Assembly (NCBI GenBank): GCA_965206745.1 | Contig: OZ242220.1 | Location: 1,568,001-1,632,000 of the forward strand | Length of the DNA: 64,000 bases | Source of the DNA: Nitrosopumilus sp. | GTDB lineage: Archaea > Thermoproteota > Nitrososphaeria > Nitrososphaerales > Nitrosopumilaceae | Direction: 5' to 3' | In this document: piece by piece, positions 37,530 to 47,757 of the stretch | Position numbering within the stretch: position 1 is the first letter of the stretch | Layout of the letters: every line of letters begins with the position of its first letter | The notes under the pieces: generated by a model | Database searches by the model: none | Seen by the model: the letters and a program-made list of their open reading frames with translations, nothing else | What the model was told of the DNA's origin: nothing | Program-made: the position numbers and the translations under genes

Positions 37530-38531
37530 ATGACCTCGGATTTGGATGAGAAAACAAAATCCTTGAATCAAAGTGGGGCGTTTTTACAACTTCATGTGAT
37601 AAATCAGCTAGAAAAATGTGGTTGGAATGTATTATCTGAATATCCAGTGCGCATCTCTCCATTCATAGATTCACCTGAAAATGATGATACGATAAAGCAG
37701 GGCTTGGAAAATGATGCAGGTGTTGAACCAAACAGTTTTGTGAGGACAGTCAGAAATTGCATGGATAAAACAACAGTAAAAGAGACATCTATTGATGTGA
37801 TTGCAGCCAAATACGCACATAGGAGACAAATGCATACCCTATGTATCGAATCAAAGAAATTACATCCTGATTTTGTGGATTGGGTGTTTTTCAAGCAAAC
37901 GCAATCTGATGGAAAACTGCGACTTTTAGTTAAAAGTGAGTGCGAACCGGAGGTTCCACTATTTACGACGCCAAAAACCACAAAATATGAAAAAACACAT
38001 CTTGAAATATGCACCATTAAAGAATTCTCAGGTTATGAGATATGCGATTTTGGAATATCACTAAAAAATAAAAAAATAGATAATGAATATTACAAATCAG
38101 ATAAGACAAAAGTTGATGATGCAACTCGGCAGATAATGGAGGGAACGTACGGATACATTGTAGATAAAATATTGCAAAATATACAACAAGGTGAACCAGA
38201 TCTTCAGAATAATGATATAGAGTGCTTTTTTCCAATAGTTGTAACAAATGCAAATTTATTCGTATGTGATGTTGATAAGAATAAAATAGATCCACAAAAA
38301 GGGACTATAAATGAGAATCCAGAATACATGCCAGTTGATTCTCTGATTTACGAATGTCCTACACCAAGTACCATCCAATTCCCTGAACCGTTTAAAGCAA
38401 TCCTTGATTCAGATAAAAATCGTGCAATAAAAAAATGGCATGTATTAGTATTATCGCCAAAAGGTTTTGCTGAATTTCTAGATATACTTGACAAATCACA
38501 TATTTCTAAAATAACCAAGAATCCATTTTGA
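37530..38531 (+). CDS. PD-(D/E)XK restriction-endonuclease-fold protein
   Basis: LNQSGAFLQ...W....EYP...SIDVIA...LCIESKK...WVF...PIVVTNANL. Confidence 0.7.
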   Translation: MTSDLDEKTKSLNQSGAFLQLHVINQLEKCGWNVLSEYPVRISPFIDSPENDDTIKQGLENDAGVEPNSFVRTVRNCMDKTTVKETSIDVIAAKYAHRRQMHTLCIESKKLHPDFVDWVFFKQTQSDGKLRLLVKSECEPEVPLFTTPKTTKYEKTHLEICTIKEFSGYEICDFGISLKNKKIDNEYYKSDKTKVDDATRQIMEGTYGYIVDKILQNIQQGEPDLQNNDIECFFPIVVTNANLFVCDVDKNKIDPQKGTINENPEYMPVDSLIYECPTPSTIQFPEPFKAILDSDKNRAIKKWHVLVLSPKGFAEFLDILDKSHISKITKNPF

Positions 38532-38550
38532 CTGTAATTGAATCACAGTG

Positions 38551-38574
38551 ATGAGAAAAATCTCATTCAGATAG
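38551..38574. repeat. Short palindromic repeat ATGAGA-AAAA-TCTCAT, copy 1
   Basis: atgagaaaaatctcattcagatag; 23/24 identical to 41934-41957. Confidence 0.7.
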
Positions 38575-38616
38575 TACCATTATTGTCCTTATGACTTCAA
38601 ATTAAGAATAAAATTG

Positions 38617-38661
38617 TGTCTTATGCAAAATGATGATCAGATTATCAAAATATACTAAATC
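38617..38661 (-). repeat. Degenerate copy F of the ~47-bp palindromic repeat
   Basis: Core AAATGATGATCAGATTATCAAAAT matches the reverse complement of copy E at 22/24. Confidence 0.6.
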
Positions 38662-38726
38662 GATATGAATTTAATTTCTTCTGCATATAAAAATAACATT
38701 ATATTTGAACAATACCATGTTTTTGC

Positions 38727-39302
38727 ATGGATTTTAATCTCATATTTTCAGTTTTGATACCCGTAGGTTCTGCTATTGCTATTAGTCTATTTTTCAAATA
38801 CAAATTACGATCGAAAATTGAAAAAACATTTGAAAAGAATAGAGATGAGGCATTGGCTAAATTATCTATTTTATTGTTTGAGTATGATTCTAAATTCGGG
38901 TATTTCTATGAGTTTTTTGAAAAAGAATTTTTTGTTCTAACAGATAATAAAGTAGAGTTTGAACTAAAACCACAACAGAGAGATAGATTGGATCAGGCTT
39001 ACAAAAATTATAAAACTCCCATCAAGGGAATTTTTGATGAATTTGAAGATTTGAAATATTTGAGTGATTTTGTAGGCTTGGATATACTCAAAATCATTCG
39101 GTACTATTTTTCTACTTCTCATAATTATTGTCAAAGTTTATCACAACAAATGAATGATATTTATTATTTAGAGCAGAGATCACAGAGTGCTGTAAATCTG
39201 ATAGTTTGCATAAAAAAAGAAGGCATTCCTAAAGGAAATTTAGGATATTTTCTAAATGAATTTGTATCTAAATGGGAAAACAGGTTAGGCTACATCATTT
39301 AG
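38727..39302 (+). CDS. Hypothetical protein with N-terminal transmembrane helix
   Basis: FNLIFSVLIPVGSAIAISLFF followed by a helical domain. Confidence 0.65.
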   Translation: MDFNLIFSVLIPVGSAIAISLFFKYKLRSKIEKTFEKNRDEALAKLSILLFEYDSKFGYFYEFFEKEFFVLTDNKVEFELKPQQRDRLDQAYKNYKTPIKGIFDEFEDLKYLSDFVGLDILKIIRYYFSTSHNYCQSLSQQMNDIYYLEQRSQSAVNLIVCIKKEGIPKGNLGYFLNEFVSKWENRLGYII

Positions 39303-39634
39303 ATTTCATTTTGTTACACAACTCTTAATTTTTTTGCAGTAAAAAGATACCAGATGAAAACTAGCCTCCAGCAGACATCATGTCGGCAAGATATAAGATT
39401 TGGCGCAACTCTGCCGAACTTGAAAAACATGCGGGCCAGTCTATTGCAGAAATGAGGCATTCTTCAGGTTTATCAGTATGAGATAAGAGTAACATCCTGT
39501 TTTTTCAAAGACATCTCCACTTTTGATCAGTTCTTTTTAGTTTTTTGTCGGATCTGCTAACATCTTGTTTTACCAGTTTGTGGGGGGTTTATGGACAACA
39601 CATATGCAGACGTATTATTAGATAGGCCAGACCA

Positions 39635-41659
39635 CTAGGATGGTTGTGGGTTTGCCAATCGAATACATTCTTTGAAAATTTTTTCAAAGATTTGTAATTT
39701 TTCAGCAGACACTATTTTTTCTGCAAAACTGTATGCAATTGCCGGTTTTGATGATTTATTTTCTCGTTTAGCCTCAGAATATGCATCGGAATCAATACGT
39801 TCCATCAGATCTTCCAAATCCCCACCTTCTATGACTAAAACAGGACCATCTGGACATACATCGTCTTTAGAGATGGTTCCACTTGAATCAAAAAGGTCTT
39901 TTGCATCATAGTCAGCTATAATCAAGTATGGAATTTCAAAACTTGCCATTAACTTTTCATACTTGGCAAAACCATCCTTTCCGCCAACTTGTGTAATTAT
40001 TATATCGTTTCCAGTAATATCAGCACCCTTTGAACGAGATTCCAAGAAATTAGAGATTCCAATCAAGAGATTTTTATCAGAATCACCTTCGGTAAAAATA
40101 ACACCTTTACTAAAAAATATCTGCGTATCTAGTTGATGTCTTAGCCTATGACGATTTTCATTAAACCATGTCTCTGTTTCCCCATCTAGTTTTTTTACAA
40201 CTGTATGTTGGTCCGTCTTGCGTAAATATAGTATGTCAGATTTCTCTTCAAAAATTTCATGGCTTGTAAGTTCAGGGGAATGTGTAATTACAATAAATTG
40301 ATTGGTATTATCCGAATTTTGCAATGATCTGGTCAGTGATTTCATTAAATTTGGGTGTAGGTTGACTGATGGTTCATCCAACAAGATGACAGAGTTGCTT
40401 ACTCCATGTGCTAACGTTAGGAGGTAGATTACCTCCAATATTCCAGAACCCACTTGATTAGTTGGAAATTGTCTTTCTAACTTTTTATCAACGATCATGA
40501 TGGCAGGTATTTTGGGTTTTGGAGGATTCAAATTTCCCACAAGATCATAGTCTGGACGATGTCTAGATTGTAATAATACATCAAAATCTAAATTGTTTGT
40601 TTCAAATATATCATGAAATTCATTTTTAATTTTAGAAAATTTGATTCTGGCATTTTGTTTTGGAGAATTTTTCAGACTAAACAGAAATTGTGTCAAATTA
40701 CTCCCATCAGATTTTAACATATCATCAAATTCAATGACTTTATCAAGTGCCCGTTGATCTAGTACTTTATTAAAATCATTTCTTGTTTCCCCATCAACAT
40801 TTACTTGTTGTGTATATGGAATTTTCAAAAAATGGGCATAGTCCAAAAGAGTTAGAGATGGATTAGATCTGTTACCTGAAGAATGAATAATGCCTTTTTG
40901 GAGAATTTGCCCCAGTATCTCTAGAAAACTTATGCTGTTACTATATCCAGGATAAAGTTCTAGATAAGATAACAGTTCTGTTAGAGTTTTTTTTCCCACA
41001 TCATCATACTGTTCATGTTTTCCTGCTTCAATATTTGATAAAAAAATGCTTGTTTGAATTTTATCATCAAAAATATGATCGATATGCTCAACTGTGTTTT
41101 TTATTTCAGTTATTCCATCAAGTATATTAAAAAATTTGATTTTTTTTTCCATTGTAGTTTCAATATTTTTTGCTGGAAATTTATTTGATATTTTGAAACT
41201 AGAAAATGAATTATTAAAAAATTTCAAACCACTTTTAGGAAAATTAATTTTTATAAAAGAGTCAGATTCATATCCCTTTACTACTTTTTCCCATGACAGA
41301 TTGATTGTCATTTCATCAAATAATTCTAGTAAGATTTCTCTGTTCTCAAAATGATGATATTTTACTCGGTCAGTTACTGTGTCAGTATAAAAACCGAAAC
41401 AATCTATGATTTTTTGAGTTTCATCAGTTGAAAGTTTTAGAGATATTTCTAGAGATGGATTGAGATGGCCGATTGAAATCTTTGAATCATCTAAAGAAGA
41501 TCTGTGTAATGTATCAGTTAAAAGCTTCAAAAGTCGAAATATATTTGATTTGCCAGAATTGTTAGGTCCTACTATTACCATGTTATTTGTAAATTTAAAA
41601 TTAATCGGTTTGTAGAAAGAATACAATCCTTCGCATCTAAGATGTTGCAGACATACCAT
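39635..41659 (-). CDS. OLD-family ATP-dependent endonuclease (ABC ATPase plus TOPRIM)
   Basis: VIVGPNNSGKS (Walker A), GSG, ILLDEPSVNLHP (Walker B), ITHSP, FFSKGVIFTEGDSD...DYD (TOPRIM). Confidence 0.9.
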   Translation of the reverse strand: MVCLQHLRCEGLYSFYKPINFKFTNNMVIVGPNNSGKSNIFRLLKLLTDTLHRSSLDDSKISIGHLNPSLEISLKLSTDETQKIIDCFGFYTDTVTDRVKYHHFENREILLELFDEMTINLSWEKVVKGYESDSFIKINFPKSGLKFFNNSFSSFKISNKFPAKNIETTMEKKIKFFNILDGITEIKNTVEHIDHIFDDKIQTSIFLSNIEAGKHEQYDDVGKKTLTELLSYLELYPGYSNSISFLEILGQILQKGIIHSSGNRSNPSLTLLDYAHFLKIPYTQQVNVDGETRNDFNKVLDQRALDKVIEFDDMLKSDGSNLTQFLFSLKNSPKQNARIKFSKIKNEFHDIFETNNLDFDVLLQSRHRPDYDLVGNLNPPKPKIPAIMIVDKKLERQFPTNQVGSGILEVIYLLTLAHGVSNSVILLDEPSVNLHPNLMKSLTRSLQNSDNTNQFIVITHSPELTSHEIFEEKSDILYLRKTDQHTVVKKLDGETETWFNENRHRLRHQLDTQIFFSKGVIFTEGDSDKNLLIGISNFLESRSKGADITGNDIIITQVGGKDGFAKYEKLMASFEIPYLIIADYDAKDLFDSSGTISKDDVCPDGPVLVIEGGDLEDLMERIDSDAYSEAKRENKSSKPAIAYSFAEKIVSAEKLQIFEKIFKECIRLANPQPS

Positions 41660-41933
41660 TGTTGTATGATGTGTGATTAGAGTTTAAAATGATTCGATTC
41701 ATTTTGTACAAGAATTTGTGTGTATGATAAATCTCAACATATTCTGAAAAGAAAAAGATAATAAAATTGCTCAGGGAAGACCGTACAGTGCAGGTGATAT
41801 AAGAAGAATAAAAGACAATGGAAGAAAGGACAGAACTATAGTGATAAACAAAAGTTTGTTGAAGTGGATCTAATTGTTTGCCTTAAGGGAAAATAGTAAA
41901 GATGGAGGCAAATTTTTGATCGATACTATAGTT

Positions 41934-41957
41934 ATGAGAAAAATCTCATTTAGATAG
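41934..41957. repeat. Short palindromic repeat ATGAGA-AAAA-TCTCAT, copy 2
   Basis: atgagaaaaatctcatttagatag. Confidence 0.7.
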
Positions 41958-42017
41958 AAAGTATTGTATAAAATAAAAAATAATTGGAATAACAATGAAT
42001 TTTTGATCATGACTACA

Positions 42018-43157
42018 CTATGATTCCATGATAGAATCAGCTAGTATAGAATAAGAATTTGTCAATTCTATAATTAATTTATCATATAATGCTTCGAAAT
42101 TTTTAGTTGTAATTTCTAGTCGCTGGTAACAAGATTCTAGTCGTTTTTCCTTTTCAGATTCACTTATCTTATGATCTAGTAAATTTCTGAAATCAGAAAG
42201 AACAAAAAATGGATTAAGAATATTTTTATCATTTAAAGATTTTAATCGTAACTCCACCCATATTTCTAAACATTTTAATCCTTTTTTGTCCTTCACATCA
42301 ATATCGACATTTAATTTATTGATCTGGGTTTTGAGATTTTTATTATAGATTGATTCGACACACAGTTTTGTAAGAGAATTAATTATGTATATGACACCTT
42401 GCTCATTCCAATTTACGGGTCTTAGTAATTTTCCTAAAAATTCATAATCATTTTTTTCATAATCAAAAATTTGAAAACAGTCATGATCTTTACAGGATTT
42501 TCCAAATTTATTTCGTTGTTTTAATAGTTTATTTTCATTAGATAGATCCGAGAATTCTGCTTCTATTTGTCCAGCATAAAATTCTGAACCTACATCATGA
42601 TCTGAAGGTATATTTTCAGATCGAAGATAATATTTTTCGTTTTGTGGTATATCTTCTAGGTCTCCAAGCCAGCAAAATACTTTATCATTTCTATTTATTC
42701 CATAATCTAAAGATTGTTCGTCTTGGAAAAAAATTGTTCCATATGTATTTCCTGCCACATGAATTTCATATTCATTAAAACAAAGATATTTGTGTAGAAT
42801 TTTTTTGTCAAAAAATACAGGAGTAAAAAATCCTTTTTTGCAAAGTTGTCCATTTAAGCCAGGAATGAATAGACAGTCATTTGGATCATAACGAAATTTT
42901 AATTCTTTACATATTTCATAACGCGGATTAGATGATTTTTGAAGTTTAAAATCAAAGCTAGTCCGATTGTTTTTTTTACACACATCTATTATTGAACAAA
43001 TAATACCATCTATTGGATATTCTTCTTGGCAGTCATGGCATACTAATATTGGCATATCAAGTGCAGAGATATGAATTTCTTTAATTATTTCATCAAATTT
43101 TTTATAAATTAATTTAAGCCAACCATTACAATTATCACAATGAAGTGTTTGAACCAT
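42018..43157 (-). CDS. Zn-ribbon protein with C-terminal HEPN-like domain
   Basis: CDNC...CHDC at the N-terminus; FTPVFF...GIN....FCWLGDL; C-terminal DFRNLLDH (Rx4H). Confidence 0.6.
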   Translation of the reverse strand: MVQTLHCDNCNGWLKLIYKKFDEIIKEIHISALDMPILVCHDCQEEYPIDGIICSIIDVCKKNNRTSFDFKLQKSSNPRYEICKELKFRYDPNDCLFIPGLNGQLCKKGFFTPVFFDKKILHKYLCFNEYEIHVAGNTYGTIFFQDEQSLDYGINRNDKVFCWLGDLEDIPQNEKYYLRSENIPSDHDVGSEFYAGQIEAEFSDLSNENKLLKQRNKFGKSCKDHDCFQIFDYEKNDYEFLGKLLRPVNWNEQGVIYIINSLTKLCVESIYNKNLKTQINKLNVDIDVKDKKGLKCLEIWVELRLKSLNDKNILNPFFVLSDFRNLLDHKISESEKEKRLESCYQRLEITTKNFEALYDKLIIELTNSYSILADSIMES

Positions 43158-43190
43158 GTGTATACCTCTAGATAATTGTAAAATAGTATT

Positions 43191-44354
43191 TTATTTATTT
43201 AATTCCATTTTGCTATAATTACCATCATCATCAAAATAATGACACTTCCATAAACCACAATTATTAAACACTTCATCCATTATTGATGAAGTTATTTTAC
43301 TAAAATCACTTTGAAGTTGCTCTACATTATATTGCCTTTTAATTGCAATATGATTATTTTCTGATTTGAAAGTAGAGCCAAACAATCTACGAGGAGATTC
43401 GATGCATAATTTTCTGGAGGTATTTTTCAAACAGATGAAAATTTCTACCTCATCAAAATAATTATGTTTTGATAATATAACATATGCAAACTGTAAAACA
43501 TGCATGATTCTTATTGCTAGGAGTGAATCTCTTATGTATACACCAACCAGATCATCATCTCTAAAATATCCCAAATCAGCACAATAATGAATGCAGCCAT
43601 TTCTATGAATTTCTAGGTTCGCTCTATCATCTTTATGTATCACACCATGTTTACTAGGTATTGAATGGGAGGGTAAAAAACTATGATGTGGTGCAAAGCT
43701 AAAACCAGCAGGTTCAAAATTTATTCTGTTAGGATCAAGCCAGTCAAATTCTTCAGGATTAGTTGTTTGTATCAATTGCTTATCTATAATAGATGGAATA
43801 ACAACAATTTGTAGTAAAACTTTTTCATGATTATAAATATCTGTAATTTTATCAAGATATTTTTTTGTATTTTGAAGTAAATAAGATCTATTTTTGTACA
43901 TTGAAGATATTTCTTGTTCGGACATTGGTGTTGATGTAAATTCAAAACGTTTGTAAAACTTGTTGTTCTTATTGTTGTAATGTGGTTTATGACCGCTGTC
44001 AGGTACTTGAAGAATTAAGAAAAGATTGTCATTTTGTTCATTTTCTATTGTATGTATCTTTACATGAAGCCGTGGCTGGATGTTAGACAATATTATTTGC
44101 TCTATTCTTTCTTTATTGATGGGAGCTTTGATACCCTCTGTTGCTATCGGATGACCGCCCTTGCCTGATTCTTTAATACCAAATACAATATAACCACCAC
44201 GAGTGTTTGCAAATGCACTTACATGCTTTACTAGTGCATCATCATCCATCATCTCTTCCTTGTAATCAAGCATATCACTTTCTGGAATTTTATCATTTAG
44301 GAGAAATTGCACATCATTGTAATCTAAATCATCTATATTTTTTTGAAATATCAC
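43191..44354 (-). CDS. Schlafen/AlbA_2 domain protein
   Basis: ESDMLDYKE...KHVSAFANTRGGYIVFGIKE...KPH...FYKR. Confidence 0.88.
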   Translation of the reverse strand: MIFQKNIDDLDYNDVQFLLNDKIPESDMLDYKEEMMDDDALVKHVSAFANTRGGYIVFGIKESGKGGHPIATEGIKAPINKERIEQIILSNIQPRLHVKIHTIENEQNDNLFLILQVPDSGHKPHYNNKNNKFYKRFEFTSTPMSEQEISSMYKNRSYLLQNTKKYLDKITDIYNHEKVLLQIVVIPSIIDKQLIQTTNPEEFDWLDPNRINFEPAGFSFAPHHSFLPSHSIPSKHGVIHKDDRANLEIHRNGCIHYCADLGYFRDDDLVGVYIRDSLLAIRIMHVLQFAYVILSKHNYFDEVEIFICLKNTSRKLCIESPRRLFGSTFKSENNHIAIKRQYNVEQLQSDFSKITSSIMDEVFNNCGLWKCHYFDDDGNYSKMELNK

Positions 44355-44493
44355 ATATGATCATATACACACGGATAAAAAAATGTTTTACTTGTGTTGC
44401 TGAAACGTTATAGAAATTAGAGAGAAATACAATATTTTATTCAGATTCATATTTCACCAAATCAGTAGATATAACAAGCCATGTATTGAATTA

Positions 44494-45246
44494 CTAGGGA
44501 TTTGTTGTATTACGTAATCTTATAATTCTCAAAATGTAAGAATAAAAAAATGGTTTTATGGATTCTATTTTTTCTACACATTGAAGCCAAATTTTCCATT
44601 GATACTCTGAATTGTGATTATATTTAAGATCTTCAGCAATGAGACTATTTATCATAGCTTTTCGATTCAAAACAGAAGAGAAAATATTTTTTAGAGGAAG
44701 GGCAGGAATAATCTCAAATCCATATTTTCTATGATTATATTTTACCATTCCTTTAAATCTACCCATCTTATCATATACAAATAAAACATTACCATGTAAT
44801 CTATCCATATTTTTGATTCTTAGTTTTAACAGTTTAGCAGGATGAATATCAAAAATATTTCTCAAATCAACAGATATACTAAGAAATTGTTTTGAGTTAG
44901 GATTTACAAAAAATAATTTTTTCAAAGACTTTGAATTGTAAGGAAAAAATTCTATATCAGATGCTGGTTTTATGTGTTTTTTGATTACTTTTTTTATTGT
45001 TTTTGATGAAATTTTTAGTATAGATTTATGATTTTTTTTGCCTTTATTATCACTAGTCAAATGTAAATCGAGTCTTTTTTTTGAAATAGATAATGTAAGA
45101 TGTTTTTTTAATTGTTTAAGAGGAAAAATAATTTTCCTATCTATTTTTGATGATCCTCCACATTTAAAATAATAATCACCTACATACACCTTAGAGTTTT
45201 CATTATACCAATCAAAACGAGCCCAAGAAAAGAATATCATACACAT
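44494..45246 (-). CDS. Hypothetical basic protein
   Basis: 250-aa AT-rich ORF; no motif recognised. Confidence 0.55.
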   Translation of the reverse strand: MCMIFFSWARFDWYNENSKVYVGDYYFKCGGSSKIDRKIIFPLKQLKKHLTLSISKKRLDLHLTSDNKGKKNHKSILKISSKTIKKVIKKHIKPASDIEFFPYNSKSLKKLFFVNPNSKQFLSISVDLRNIFDIHPAKLLKLRIKNMDRLHGNVLFVYDKMGRFKGMVKYNHRKYGFEIIPALPLKNIFSSVLNRKAMINSLIAEDLKYNHNSEYQWKIWLQCVEKIESIKPFFYSYILRIIRLRNTTNP

Positions 45247-45290
45247 TAATTAAATTTTAAGATATTTGAAATTATCGCTAGCTAATTTAT

Positions 45291-45340
45291 TGTGTTATAT
45301 GAGAACCGATGAGATGCAGATCTTATTTCGATTCAAAAAA
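45291..45340 (+). repeat. Dispersed copy of the IS6 subterminal-type repeat
   Basis: tgtgttatatgagaaccgatgagatgcagatcttatttcgattcaaaaaa, colinear with 60715-60762. Confidence 0.65.
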
Positions 45341-45445
45341 TCACTAGTCTATAGATTCAACCCAGTGGCATATTCATGAAAAATTATTTTTAAAATATGT
45401 GAGATATTGTTCAAAATCAATTAAACTTTTACATGATATACAAAA

Positions 45446-46318
45446 TTATTCACTCATATAGTCATCTAACCGTATTTTTCCTTCTTCCTTTTTCAAAATA
45501 TCATAACATGTTTTGCGTAGATTAGATATGGCAATAGTGTTTGGTTTGGTACTACTTTGTATTGTTCGTATTTGATCTGCAAATTTGGGATATGTGGATT
45601 TTAAATCTTTGATTATTTCTGGGATTAAATTTTTCAGGGAATTTTGATGTTCTTTTGATAATATTTTCCACATTTTATGAATTCGTGACAAAATAACTTC
45701 ATTCAAAAAAGATTGAGGATCTGTCAAGTCAACATGATTTAGTTTTCTATTCATGAGAACTGAAATCATGGCACGCAAAACATGGGGCGTTATCACTCTA
45801 CGATCATCTGATTCGGAAAATGGATAATATGAAATTGGTGGTTTCAAAGATTTTATAGAAATGGGACTAGCAAACTTTGCATCCAATTCTTTTTTAGAAA
45901 AGTTATTGTGTTTTTCTAATGAAATATTAGAAATGGATAATATAGGAAAACTGATTTTGCTAATAATTGATTTAAGATTTTTTGTGAAATTAAACACACA
46001 TACATCATGAGAGTAGTTATCAGAAATGCGCACATCGACCCATCTCAAAAGATCAGATGGTGTCAAATCCTCATATCGTAAAATTTGGTCATCAGATATT
46101 GTTGTTCCTCCCTTACATTCAAACACGACAGAATGAGTGGTTTTGTTAGAAGTTGCAACGACATCAGGTTTAACAGATTTTCCTGATTCTGTACGAATTG
46201 TTTGCTCAATTAGCTGCGCCTTGTAACCAAGATCTGCCAGAGGATGAATCCAGGAATCACTTTTTTTGCAAAAACCAATTGCGCAGTTTATCAAGATGGT
46301 ATGAGGTGAAGGATTCAA
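45446..46318 (-). CDS. PD-(D/E)XK nuclease-fold protein, second gene of a two-gene operon
   Basis: VKPDVVATS...SVVFECKGG...DQ..RY. Confidence 0.7.
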   Translation of the reverse strand: MNPSPHTILINCAIGFCKKSDSWIHPLADLGYKAQLIEQTIRTESGKSVKPDVVATSNKTTHSVVFECKGGTTISDDQILRYEDLTPSDLLRWVDVRISDNYSHDVCVFNFTKNLKSIISKISFPILSISNISLEKHNNFSKKELDAKFASPISIKSLKPPISYYPFSESDDRRVITPHVLRAMISVLMNRKLNHVDLTDPQSFLNEVILSRIHKMWKILSKEHQNSLKNLIPEIIKDLKSTYPKFADQIRTIQSSTKPNTIAISNLRKTCYDILKKEEGKIRLDDYMSE

Positions 46319-46327
46319 AAGACTACC

Positions 46328-47437
46328 TCACATTAATTGTGGACAATGTATTTTAGAGTCAAAAAATCTCTGAAGATTAACAAATAGTCGTGTAATTACA
46401 TTGCCGCAGCTGCCCTCAGGCAGATAGATTCGAAATAGATTGTCCATTACTTCTATATCCAGCGGATGCCCTGTGTGAGCATCCACCCCCAGAACACGGT
46501 AAAACCCTTCCCCAATTTTGCTTGTAATTCCCCATATTCTAAACGGATCCTTGGCATTGAAAATACGAGTCAGGAAGAAATTCCAATCATCCACTTTTCT
46601 CTCAAAGACAAAATCAAAAGGCTTGCCTTCAACTGACTTTGTATTACTATCACCATAAATTCTGAATTTCTCTATCTCTTGTACCTGTTGAGAATAGTCA
46701 TCCTTTACCATGTTCACCAGGCTGATGTGATCATCAACAGATTTTCCCTTAACCACTCTGAATCTTCCAGAATAATCTAGATCGTCGATAACTCCAAGAG
46801 TGCTTGTTCCCCTGCCAATAGTTATCCTGTCATATCCCATTATCTGCTTTATCTCTGCATCATGTTCTAACAGCTGCAGAATTTTTTCAGATTGTTTTCC
46901 AGAGATATCCATACGTGAAAACGTAGCTGGTGTGATTGGCTCATCGTCTTCTGTTTGCTCATGTTGGAAATAATCAGTATGATTTACACTAAAACCATGA
47001 TCTTTGTTACCGGATTTACTTGAAATGTTTTTCAGCGAGTCAGTAGATAGCCAGGCATTGTCAAATTCAACTGTTTGGGAATTAATAAGGCGTTTGATCA
47101 TAGGCTTTACTTGGTTAGCAAGATCAAATGTGTGGAATACCAAAAAACGTTCATCTGTTTTATCCAAGTAAAATTGCACGCTATCATTAGATTTTTTCTG
47201 GTCAGCTAATGTTAAAATTTTAACATGGTCCAATCCTGTCTGATCTATTTTAACTTGCAGATCTTCGGTGTGAAACTCTTGGAGTAATTCTGTATTACTT
47301 TCAATAAGAAAGGTTTTCAACTCTGTTGGTTTGCCTGCAGTTGAACCCTCTTCCGTAGGTATTCTAGGAGGATTAATTCTATCATGCAATACATCCATGA
47401 ACTCTTTTTGAGTCTGAACTTTGGGTAATTGTAACAT
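46328..47437 (-). CDS. Conserved-looking hypothetical protein, first gene of a two-gene operon
   Basis: 369 aa; ELKTFLIE, PFRIWG, GVDAHTG, RIYLPEGSCGNVITRLFVNLQ; 9-bp gap to the nuclease gene. Confidence 0.7.
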   Translation of the reverse strand: MLQLPKVQTQKEFMDVLHDRINPPRIPTEEGSTAGKPTELKTFLIESNTELLQEFHTEDLQVKIDQTGLDHVKILTLADQKKSNDSVQFYLDKTDERFLVFHTFDLANQVKPMIKRLINSQTVEFDNAWLSTDSLKNISSKSGNKDHGFSVNHTDYFQHEQTEDDEPITPATFSRMDISGKQSEKILQLLEHDAEIKQIMGYDRITIGRGTSTLGVIDDLDYSGRFRVVKGKSVDDHISLVNMVKDDYSQQVQEIEKFRIYGDSNTKSVEGKPFDFVFERKVDDWNFFLTRIFNAKDPFRIWGITSKIGEGFYRVLGVDAHTGHPLDIEVMDNLFRIYLPEGSCGNVITRLFVNLQRFFDSKIHCPQLM

Positions 47438-47757
47438 TAGTTGTGGCCTCCTTTGAACATAGGTATCGGATTTTGAGAATTATTATATAATTCTATCATC
47501 TCATGACTCATGCAGAATAATGCGATCACTATTATAAAGATCTATTCGGTTATCTGCCCTTCGTAATCTGCTTTGTTGAGAGGTTTGGCAACAGTCATAC
47601 TAATGGCTTTGATTTTTGCTTTTTATTGCCCTTGCATGGTTTTGATTTTAGGCATGATAATTCATTGATGTCTTTATGGTTTAAGAAATGCAGACCAGAA
47701 GGAATTAGAGATATTGTCAACTTGCACTTTAAATCATACCAGAATTAATTATATGAC

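Noticed and set aside
39635-41659. Gabija or PARIS system call for the OLD nuclease
   Set aside because: No adjacent UvrD-like GajB or separate AriB gene; called a stand-alone OLD.
41745-41873. Short frame KIAQGRPYSAGDIRRIKDNGRKDRTIVI resembling an integrase fragment
   Set aside because: Under 45 codons, no start and no catalytic motif; cannot be supported.
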